The notes beneath the pieces were generated by a model. That model saw nothing but the letters and a program-made list of their open reading frames with translations, searched no databases and was not told where the DNA came from. Of a DNA stretch of 64,000 nucleotides, positions 21,926 through 32,917 are shown in pieces. Source of the stretch: Cyanophora paradoxa CCMP329 (taxonomy: Eukaryota; Plantae; Glaucophyta); the NCBI GenBank assembly GCA_004431415.1, contig QPMI01000199.1, positions 1 to 64,000 of the forward strand, written 5' to 3'. A program made the translations under genes and the position numbers. The stretch's first letter is position 1. Every line of letters starts with the position of its first letter.

Positions 21926-23714
21926 AGAGCCTGAGCGGGGAGGAGCACAGAGGGAGCACAGAGCTCGAGGGCAGTGGCTAGCGATGCTCATGATCAAATC
22001 GATATCTAGACGCCGGCTAGCGCTGCGGCAACGGCCGCTGGCTGGGGGCACGCGCATGCGCATGCGCAGCCGGGCGGATCGCGGGGCCAGCGACGAGGTC
22101 GAAAGGGCTTCCTTGGACAAGTCTTCGCCTTGCAGGCAGTCGTACTGGCTGTGGGCTGATAGCGACGCATGCACAGCTGGGCTGCTCTGCGCACCGAAGA
22201 CGTGAACGTCAACGTGCAATCTCGAGGGCAGCAGGGATTCGTCGGCAGCACTTCTTTCAGAGACTAAGGCGACATCCGGGGCGCGGCGTGGTCGCCGGCA
22301 GGAACTGGCATGGACCGTTTGCACTGCGGGCACGACTGAGTCGCTGGAGCTTGACCCGGGGCCGGGAAAAGCTCGATCGGCGAAGAGACATTCCGAATCA
22401 CGACTCGAAAGTCGGAGATCAAATTCCGTGGGCGCCCGGCGGGCCAGCGAGCAACAAGCGAATTCCCGGCGGGCCGAACGGACGTGCGCGGCGGCGGAGG
22501 GGGATCTAAGTCTATGTTTTAGAGGATCTGGGCATGTGCACACCGCCGCGAGGGAGCTTGCGCAGGCAGCGGGGGCACGGGAGCTATTCAAATTTCGGGA
22601 ACATGGCGCGCGACAGAGGGCTTCCCCTGACTGAGAACAACTTCTATTCCATGGATTTGGTGGCGAAAGGTCCGAATTTAGAGCGAAACGCGAGAGGACG
22701 GCCGGCATACCTTCATCTCCGGAATTCCGTTGATGTCGATACCGCCGGGCGCGCCAGGGGCTACCGAATGCTTCTACGCTAGCCGCTGGTCCCGCCGCGC
22801 TTTTGCACGATCAGGAAAGACGTTTTCAGAAGGCCCCTTTTTTTCCGTCGCTCCCCGAGTAGAAAAGAGCGCTTCTCCAAGATCTCTGTGAGTTGGACGA
22901 GGCACCCACAGAGAGGCTGCCGGCACAAATTAAACAACCCATTTACTTATATCCCATGACAAGCGAATGCTTCCTCGCGTACGAACCGCACATGTTTTTG
23001 GCGGCAGCTGCGGCGGCAGAACGATATCGATTGTGCACGCGTCACGTAAGTCTCCCTAGCCTGGCCGAATCGAATACACAATTTAAGCAGCTGACCTGGG
23101 CTCCCAACCGAGCCATCGACATCTGCGCAGCAATAAAATTTTGCAGCGATAAGCGCCAATGTTGATTTCATTTTATGAAATTAAAGACAAGTTTCGCACT
23201 TCTGCCTCCATCGTTTCCGCTGTACAACAGCGATGAAGAAGTGCTCGGGTCAAAAGACGCTTCAGCTGACGTCAGCGCATTGAATTAAAACGCACGCAGC
23301 AACGAAGAGAAGAAATTGTTTCAGCTCCCAGGCACTCCTGTTTTTTGAATACGAGTTACAAGGTTGCGATTGCAAAGCTTAAGCGCTCGAAAAACATTTG
23401 CAATACTTACTTGTCGAAACTTGCAGTCTGTTCGTCATAGGTATTGCAAGCATTTGCCGGATCTCCGGGCGCAAGACCGCAGCCCCAAGAATCTGCGGCC
23501 AATTTTGAGGCGTCGGCCAATTTTGTGTGACGCAGGGCGCACTTGTGTGGATCTGCGTTCATGATCGATATGATATATATCGATTCCCTCGGGGGGGTAC
23601 GGGGTTGCGAGGGCCGCCTTGGCGGCGCCCTCATGCGCCCCGCGGGGGACATGGAGGCGGGAGGCGGCGGCGGCGCGCGGCGCGGGCGGCGGCGGCTCGG
23701 TGCGGGAGGCGGCG

Positions 23715-23870
23715 GCGGCGGCGGCGCACGGCGCGGGCGGCGCGCGGCGGCGGCGCACGGCGCGGGCGGCGCGCGGCGGCGGCGCACGGCGCGGGCGGCG
23801 CGCGGCGGCGGCGCACGGCGCGGGCGGCGCGCGGCGGCGGCGCACGGCGCGGGCGGCGGCGGCGGCGGCG
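23715..23870 (+). repeat. GC-rich minisatellite, 29-bp period, about 5 copies
   Basis: CGGCGCACGGCGCGGGCGGCGCGCGGCGG recurs every 29 nt. Confidence 0.9.
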
Positions 23871-25350
23871 CGCGGCGCGGCACGCAGCATGTCGTAGTGC
23901 CTGTAGAATGCATTCATACGCACATCTTGATGTGGCTGTGCAGTGCTGAGGGCCCGGGGGTGGGAAAGGAAGCAGGCGGGGCTGCCCGGGCCCGGGGAGC
24001 CGGGGCCGGGGCCGGCGGCCGCCCCGCCCGCTGGCCAGCGCGGCACCCATAACTCAGTGATCGGAGGGACATAGCTAGCCGGCCCCTAAATCTTGCACGC
24101 GGCTTCACTACAGAGTTGTCTGTCCCGAATTACAGACTTGTCACTGAGTTGATGGGTTTTCTAGTATGGCGCGACAGAGGTTCACTGAGACAGATTTACG
24201 CCTTAACTCAGTGAACTACAGCTCTGTAGTTTGGGGTCGATTCTCCTAGTGACAGTGCGTAGCAGCTTCGTCTTCTGCAGCCTGCTGGCGTTCCGGCAAG
24301 CCCGGGAACATCGCGCCCGCTGGCAGCTAGCGCAATCTCGGGAAGGATCGATAGCCGCGCCCGGCGGGTCTGGCGCCGATCTGGGCTCGTCCTGGATCGT
24401 GCGCCGTGCGCGTAAGGACGCCCCGGGCGCGGCGGATCCCCCGCGTGCACGCAGGTTGCTCTTCGGTCGCACCATCCAACAGCGTCCAGCAGAGTAGAAG
24501 GCTGCAGAGCCGAAGCGAGTAGGATCGCCTTAGTCGCCAGCTGACGCCAGCCTCACCGCCGCCTGCTGCGCGGGGGCCCGTCGCGCCATCCGGCGCTCTC
24601 CCAGCTCGCGTCACCAACCCCTCCCGGCGCGCGGTTCCTCCTCTCCGCATCGCCTCCGGGTTCTTGTCCCTTGGCGGCCCGTGCTTCTCTTCCCCTCCGG
24701 GGGCACCCGGGGCGCTCGCAGGCGGATCGGAGACGGCAACATCCGGCGCGGCTCGCGGCGGCCTGGGGCGCGGTCTCGGCGGCGGCGCATCGATCCTCAC
24801 GTACTGCGGCGGGAGCTCGAGGATGAGGGACTCCGGCGCACGGTGGCGGCTCGCTCCTGGCAAACCGCTCCAGCGGCGGCCCCTCGTGGGTCGCCGCGGG
24901 CGGAGTTGGGGGTGAAGCACGCCACCCGCAGTCGCCCTCCTTTCTCTTTCTCTCGTCCTAGATATATCGATATAGAAGTAGGAGTAGGCGACGCGCGCGA
25001 CACTACGTTTCTTTCTTTCTCGTCGTCTATCTCTGAGGTTGGGTTCCTTCGCAGATCCTTTCCTGCTTTCGTGACTCCTCGTAGGGATATGCCTCGTGCA
25101 TCCTGGAATATAGGCTATTATGTACTGAGGTGTACGTGGGCAGGCTATCGGAAAACGAGAACCCTTGCTCCCCGCAGTACATAGGTCTGTTTTTCAGGAC
25201 CTTTTATGAGGATGGGCCCATGGGCAGCTGTCTTGCTATTCTCTACTTGTTAGTGAGGCAGACTGGTAAACTTCGGTTTTGGGTAGACTCGACTTGTCTA
25301 CTTTCGGAAGGGTCCGGTAGATTGATGTGGTAGTGCCGTCAATATACCGT

Positions 25351-28300
25351 CACAAGCAGGGGGGCAAGCCCCCCCGCACCCCCCCATTTATAAATTTAAA
25401 TAATTGTTTTTGAAGCCTTCTGATATCGATGCATATGCCGAGTAATTAATATAAGTCGGTCTCGCGAATATCCTTGCAAACTCTGGATCATCGGATCCAG
25501 CAGTCTGGCATGCGCAGCAGATTCCAGCTGCAGTCTCTGTCTGAGCGTGATACGCGCATGAATTGTAATTCGATGCTTGTAAGTGCGATATTCGCACTGC
25601 TGTTCGCGGTTTGCAACATTGCGGCGGCCGCGGGCAGCTGCAGGTGCTTATAATTATAATTAAACCGTGCTTTGCGCATGCGCTACCTACGTGACTAGAG
25701 GCTACGTCTATGCGTACGTGTGGCAAAATAATAATCATTGAAATATTAATTATAATCTCTCTCCGCCTCGAGCTCGCTACTTCGAATTCAGGAGACGGCC
25801 GCGGCGCCGCGTTGACTCCGCTTGCTGATGTGCTCCTTCAAGACAAGCGCCTTTGCTAGCGCACGCTAGCGCTATAGCCACATACGCGTGCACATGTACT
25901 ACGGTACACTGTGACAGAAGCTGCAGCTGCAGCTGCCGTATGCAGCGCGCTGCTGCAGCCTGCGCTGCGCATGCGCTGCTGTAGTCCAGCTGCATGCAGA
26001 CTTTCCGTTCCTTTCTGTTACATGCAGACTACCCCGGGTAGTTCCTTTCCGTTACTTTCCGTTACTAGTATCCGCCATTTTCCGTTACTTCCGTATCCGC
26101 GGACCCGGGCCCGAGATAATCTGCCACGTAGTTTCCGTTTGCAAACAATGTCAAAATCTAGCGTTTTGGGGAACGACGTCGATTTGGGGAACTACGTTCC
26201 GAAGTTCCGAATTTCGTCGATCGATATCGCAATCGATGTCCACGTACGCGTACGTGTACGCGTACGTGTGCACGCGGCCGCCGACTCGGCGAGTCGGCGC
26301 CGATCGCCGGCCGCGGAGATTCGCCGCCGCTAGCCGGGTCGCCGATGTCGAGGCCTAGCCTCTAGTAGCTATATAGGCGCCGGCCGACTCTCCGAGTTGC
26401 GAGGCGCCGCGGCGACGTGACTCTGAGTGAGCTCGTGAGCCCGCGGTGGCAGCTGTCGGGGTGAGTCGGGTCTACGCCGATGTCGACACTCGACGTGTTC
26501 GCACATGAGGGTTCATATTGGGTGCGACAAAACGGGGAACTGAATCGAAACTGCAAGCTCAGCCGGCCGTGTTAACCCGATTTTTTTCGCAAGTGTCCGC
26601 TTGCGTCTTAAGTAATAAGTTATAACTTAGTATTTTTGCAAAAAAAATCGATATGATATATATCAGTGCCGCACAAATTTGGCCGACGTCTCAAATCAAA
26701 CGCCGACTAGTACTACAGAATCTGTCAGATTATCGGATGCGCACCCGAGCGCCGGCTTTGTATGGCTCTCGGACAAGGAAAGTGTAGATGTCAAGGGGAC
26801 TGCCCTGATTGCGACGGTATTCAAGCCTACTCGAAGCTTCTAAGAGAAGATCTCAGGATTCCTACCAGACCGGTGCCCGTGTGCACTGCGGCATGTTGAT
26901 CGCAAAAATACGAGCTTCCGGAGCCACTCCTTTGTGCACATTCTGCGTAAATATGCACCCGCACGATAGGCCGCACCCGTATCGTTCAGTGCCAAGCAAC
27001 CGAATGCATCGCAATGCATAATTGTACACGTGCGTGCGAAGATCTAGACACGCACCATGCCGTCACGGTCCGCGGAGTTGGGCCAGGACGAAGACACGCT
27101 GCCGGCGATTCAATGATTGTGCCCGCGACCTGGGCCACGGTGCGCGTGCACACGCGTGTATGTTTCAATCATGCGGACGTCTGATCACGATTAAGATCAT
27201 GAATCGCTCACGTGAGTGCCGTGCAAAAATGCTCTGTGTAACGATGGCTGCAAGAGGGGCTTCAGCAAGCAGTATGCAGTTTGCAATGGGCTCTCAGGAA
27301 CTATGTATATGTACATTCGAATTATTGAAGCTTGACCAGAGGTTCATCTGAGTGGCTTTGATCATGATGAGCTCGAGTGCGCATGCAGATCTGCACATAT
27401 CAAGATAAAAACGTGGTTTACATTTCCAACAAGCTTGCGCTCCGTGAGATTCGCGGCATGCACGTAGTTCGAAGAAAAGACCCCGAACTTCGCCTGTTGA
27501 GAATGGTCGAGGCTGTGAACGATCGCGGCGAGTGAGTGAGAGTGAAGTGCGGATTGAACACTAGTATTAAAGCGCTCTAAGAAAGGATGTATCAAGCCGC
27601 CGAGCGCGATGAGCCGATTTTCGGTGCGCACAAGAAGCAGTGATCAGCTTCGACTGCTTCATCTGATCATGTCAAGGAAAAGGGCCCACGGGGCCAAGTT
27701 ACAGTTCTGAAGAGCGGGATATTCGAAATTATATCGCTAACCTGCAACGGCGACGATCTCTCCTGATCCGGTAAGGCCCAGAGACTCGGTGAAAGGAGCG
27801 CTGTTTAAACTGTCGCTTCCAGTCTGCAGAAGGCGAGTTGCGTGATAGTTTTTCGCCTTCATTTCCAATCCTCGACCGACGTGCATGACTTGGGCTGTCG
27901 GCAGGGTGTATCGTTTAGGGATGTTTGAGTGACGAGAGATTTGCGAACTACTCCATTTGTTTGCGCACCGTCTCAGCGATGAAGTCGGCGAGATCGACGG
28001 GGTGCACGTCCTCGGGAAACTCGATCTCCCACGTTCGCCCCTGCTCCGCCTCCTCGGCGAAGAGCGCTGCGTCCGCGCGGCCCGACAGGCGGCGCGCCTC
28101 CTCCTCCCACTCCCCTGCGCCCCGATCGCAACTAGGCCCGCCAATGACGCGGATCGCGATCGCTGCCGGCGAAAATGCAAATCAAATGCGCACCGAGCAG
28201 ACGGGCGGACGCCTCGGCGTCCAGTGGGCCGGCGAAGGAAATCTGGAGGTATCGGGAGGCAAGGTGGAGGTCGTCGCGTAACTGCACGCGGCGCAGCAGA

Positions 28301-31300
28301 GGAGGGCAGTGAACCACATGTACATCGACTGCAACGTGTATGCACACGTGCACGTGCGCTGCGCGCGGCGGGAGCTCGGGAGCTCGATCGCGAGCGTGCC
28401 CACCTTTTGAGCAGGAGCGACGATGTCGACCCAATCGACGTGCGCACATGTAGTTCTGCGCACGCGTGGTGGTTGTATCATGATCAGCGAAGCGAACCAG
28501 CTCTTTATATAACTAGATTGCAGGTAGCTATAGAATCGGCGAGAAATACGGACCGAACACGCTCAACGCTCTCGAGATCGAGTAACAGAATGTATGTGCT
28601 GTGCGGAACGAAGTTGTCGAGCGTCCCCTGCGGGCCCAGGCACTCCAACAGTTCTCGCTTGATATGGACCGTCAGTGCCGAACGGAGGTGCACCTGCGCC
28701 GCCAGCCCCATGCCATTCAGCCACAGCTCATGAGAGTGATCAAGCGCTAGCCTCGACAAGGCGGGAACGCACGAAAGAGGCGTAGCGGCGAGGCGGCGGA
28801 TCGGCCGCCTGTGTCAGCGTCCTCGCTGCAGCTGTCGATTTTGTTGCAATGGAGCCCTCCAGATCCGTCTCGTGCGGCCGATGTTGATTATGAGCTTGCT
28901 GACGCTTGAAACGACGTGCGCGCTCCTCCGCGTGGCGTTTCATGGGCTTGAGCTTGCCTGTGTCAAGGGTTTGGGACTGCAGGAAAATCTGTCGAATTCA
29001 AAAATTCGAATGCGCATGTCTGATACAGCTACGTATACGCCGCACGCCGTTGCATATGCTACCTTGGCCCCGTGGCGGGTGGGATCCGCGGCCTCCTGCC
29101 TCGGGAGCCGGTGCCCTTCCTCGTCGTGGTCCGCCTTGCGGGCCGTGCCGCGAGGCTTTGAAGCTGCGCATGCACGAGAGGCGTATCCGTATCATAGTAT
29201 TCGTGGTGCCACGGTGAGCCTCGCTGAGCTCAAGTGTTATTCGCAAATACGGGCTAGCGCTGATCATGATCATGAGCTGAGCTCGTTTGTTTGACCATGC
29301 ACATGAGCTCAGGATCAATATTTATCTCGGGCTCGTTCATTCAATAATATTAATCATATAAGTGCGCGCGCATGCGGGGAGACGAACGGCGGGAGGGGCC
29401 TCCGGCCCAGGCTCCTGGAGTCTTGTGGAGCTCCATGATCATGATGTGCACTCCCGTGCCTCCCACGAAGAACCAAGGTCGGTGCACGTGGCGACTGGAC
29501 GGCAGCGGCTGCGGCCACCACCGCCAGAGAGACCAGGATCGACAAGGGCAGTGCCACCCGCATGCGTATGCGCAGGCCTAGGACCGAATTCGAAGCCGCT
29601 TCGGCGACATGTACAAACCCGCTTCCGTGCTTGCGCGCGGCCGGTGCCATCTCCTGCGCGGCGAGCTCGCAGCCGCTGTAAGGCGCCCGCCGGGCCGGCC
29701 CTGGGCGCGCGTGCGGAATATTAATGCGCTGGAGTCGTCGGGCCTCATGCTGCAGCCTGCAGGCTGCAGGCTGACTCAGTGAGCATGCAGCCTGGCAGGC
29801 TGCAGCTAGCGCTGCGCGCCGGTATTTCGGCGATAATTTCGCTGCAAGCTTGGCGTGAAGCTTGCAAGTTGCCAAGTTGCAGGACTCTGCCAGTGAGGAA
29901 CTTGCAGCCTATAATCTTGAATTAGAGTTGGCAGTGCGGCACTGCGGCAGTGAGCGCGCGGAGCGCTGCGCGCGGGGCCTCGCGACTCCCGCCGCAGACT
30001 CGCCGCACTGCGGCCGCCGGGCACCGTGGCACTGCCACACTGGGCGGCGCGGGCAGCTGCAGAGCGCGCGCGCGCGCGCGCTCCCGGAGTCCGCGCGGAC
30101 TCCCGCCGGGCCGGCCCGAGTCCCGGCCCACTCCCGGGGCGGTCCAGTCTCCGGAGCCCGGGTCCGGGAAGTACCAAAGTAGTAGAATGTACCCGGTAGT
30201 ACCATTGCGGCAATTGCCCCAGTCACAGATCGGCAGACTCTGATCGGCAGACTCTGAGAATCATCATGATCATGGCATCGTGATCGGCTGGTGCCCCCAA
30301 GTACTAGTGCCGGTCCACTGCCGGACTCCGGGACCACTGCCGGTTGGTCGTTTCAGAACAGCTTCCGAACAAGCTGAAAATTAAAAAAACGCCTGAAAAT
30401 TGATATGTACACTCTGATATACTAAGTTATAACTTATTACTTATGACGCATGCGGACACCCGTAAAAAAACTCAGTTCTCACGGAACGGCCGAGCCAAAA
30501 ATCTTCGATAGCTTGATTGAGGTCAGAAAACTTACCTTAGGGTTGTGTCAACGCATATGAGAACACAGTGTAGTAGACCGTATTATGGTCCGTATATTAC
30601 ATCAGAGTAACGAACTAAATTATATTTTTTAGTATATATTACGCGTTAATATTACGTACCGCGCTCATGCTCGAAATTCCCACATACAGTACCCCCCAGA
30701 ACTACCGCCCTATGCAAGCCTGAAAAGGTTTTGGTCCATTAATTTAATTCGGGCTCGCAGTTTTTTGCCTAAACTTAAGGAAGGGCGTAGTTTCAAAAAA
30801 GTTTTAGGATCCACTAATTTCCGGTCCAGTACTGGTATTTTCCTGCTGCGGCCGCCGGGCGCCGGCGCACTGCGGCACTGCAGCGGCATTACTAGTGCTG
30901 CCAGCTGCAGCCTGCCAGGCTGGCAGCCCAGTGGCAGGCTGTCAGTGTGCCAGCCTGCCGCATGCGCAGTGCTCGCGATCGGATCACTCGGCGGAGTCAG
31001 TGAGCAGTGCTAGCTGTACAGTGTCACAGTGTAGGCGCCCGCGGCCGGGCGGTCGCTAGCCGCTGTCAGGCTGAGCCAGTGAGCGCCACGTCCACGCGGC
31101 GCCCGGCCCGTCACGGCGTGACGCGGCCCACGCAGCCTGACGCAGGTAGCCGCTGAGCGCGCGCTGCGGCGCTAGCGCTGGCCGTGGGCCGTGGCGCGAG
31201 CCGCGCGACGCCGCGCGAGTCCAACCGTCGGACGGTCGAGTTTTCCCAGCAGTTTAAGCTGGCCAGTGGCGTGCATGGAAAGTGCCACGGTGGCAGATAA

Positions 31301-31885
31301 CGGAAGTAACGGACAGTGGCGGATAACGGACGTTTCCGGAAAGTAACGGACATGTACAGCTTAAGTGGCGGATAGCGAAAAGTAACGATCGCGAAAAGTA
31401 ACGGACAGCTTAAGCGGTCCACCGTGGCACTAGTATTGGCGGATAGCGACAAGTAACGATCGCGAAAAGTAACGTTAACGGACAGCTTAAGTGGCGGATA
31501 GCGAACTGCGGTATACGTATGCAGCTGTATGCTTATTCCGAAGCTTATAATAGCCGCGGTTGCGCTCATAATTAATAATTAGCAACCGTGTACATACTAG
31601 TGCTACTGTGCATGCAGCTAGCTAGCGCTGCTGCGCATCATGGCATGCCAGTGATGCTTGTGCAGACGGAGCAAATCATGTGCATGATCAGCAAATGAAT
31701 TCGAAGTCAACGCGTACGCAGCGCTAGCGAAAACAGTGATTATGTCGAAGCCCCCGCGGCCGGGCCGCTGATCATGAGCACCCGCATCTGAAGCAGCGCG
31801 ACTGTATATTTAATTTGAAGACGAAGCCGAGGAAAATTCAATCATCAAGTGGGGGGGTGCGGGGGGGCTTGCCCCCCTGCTTGTG
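25351..31885. mobile_element. 6.5-kb foldback-like TIR element with modular mirror arms
   Basis: Perfect 36-bp TIR CACAAGCAGGGGGGCAAGCCCCCCCGCACCCCCCCA at 25351-25386 / 31850-31885. Mirrored TTTCCGTTAC / GTAACGGA arrays at about 26000-26100 and 31295-31500. Inner 41-bp inverted repeat at 26593-26633 / 30419-30459. Confidence 0.75.
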
Positions 31886-32131
31886 ATTCATATCATATAG
31901 TACCGCGGTACCAAATTACCGCGTTTAAAAAATTTGAGGCTTGTATAGGGCGGAATGTTAGGGGGGGTATTGTATGGGGCGACTTCTCAGCAGCAATTTG
32001 CCAGCAAATTACCGCGGTACCAAATTACCGCGTTTTAACAAACTTTTAAAAATTTGGCTCTTTAATTTGGTACTGCGGTAATTAAGTGGGCGCGGTGTTT
32101 ATGTGTTCTCAGAGTCTACAGTCTTCTACGG
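31886..32131. mobile_element. Tc1/pogo-like MITE remnant, apparently interrupted by the 6.5-kb element
   Basis: Ends TACGG-TA and has internal TACCGCGGTACCAAATTACCGCG repeats. Joining 25345-25350 (TACCGT) to 31886 (ATTC..) restores a TA-CCGTA start. Confidence 0.5.
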
Positions 32132-32364
32132 TATTTTGAGCGCGCAGCGCCGGCGCGCGGCCATCTAGAACTGAGCCACGCACTGCGGCAGCTGCCAGAC
32201 TCTGAGACAGTGCCAGTGCGCATCACGTGCTGCGCATGCCACTGATGCCAGTGCCTGCCACCGCGGCCGGCCCTGGCACCGGGTTAATATTCTGTCTTTC
32301 AATTATTTGCAATTGGGCCCCGCGGCGGCAAACGCACGTGGCAGCACGTGCACGTGCGCGTATA

Positions 32365-32622
32365 CTGTAGGATGGCTTAAATTGCCGCGGCCGCCGGCCG
32401 TGTAGTTAAATTGCCGAATTCGGCCAAAACCGGAATTGCCGTGGCGATAAATCATTGAATTGCCGAAACTCTGGATTTTTTCTATGGCGCCATACAAAAG
32501 CGGCTGTTTAGCCCTACCCCCTGAGAATTGCCGCGGAGAATTGCCCCCTGAAAAATTGCCGAATTCGGCGTCACGGCAATATACGGCAATTTAAAAGTAC
32601 GGCTAAAAAAGCCATCCTACAG
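32365..32622. mobile_element. MITE, Tc1/mariner type
   Basis: TA-CTGTAGGATGGCTT ... AAGCCATCCTACAG-TA: 14-bp TIR, TA TSD, internal AATTGCCG repeats. Confidence 0.85.
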
Positions 32623-32917
32623 TAGTCGCCGCGCATACGCGTACCGCCGCTACTGTACCGCGGCGTACGACGTCGACGTCGTCGACGTAACGACGGTAAC
32701 GCACATGAGACGCATGCTTCAATGATACTTGACAGTGAGTTGACACTGTCACAGTGTGACCGTACGTGCTTCCAATTTTAATTGACTCATATGCGTCTAA
32801 TTATAATTGACTCGTCGGGGGGGGGGGGGGGGGATGCCTCGCATGTGTAACAGTCTGCAGAGCGCTACAGTCTGCAGCTGAAAATTTATGTTAATTGTAA
32901 ATCAGCGACCGACCCCC

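Noticed and set aside
23455-26757. Inverted similarity (about 23455-23530 vs 26665-26757) as TIRs of one transposon
   Set aside because: Diverged, without defined ends or TSD, and it crosses the boundary of the 25351-31885 element; better read as two dispersed copies.
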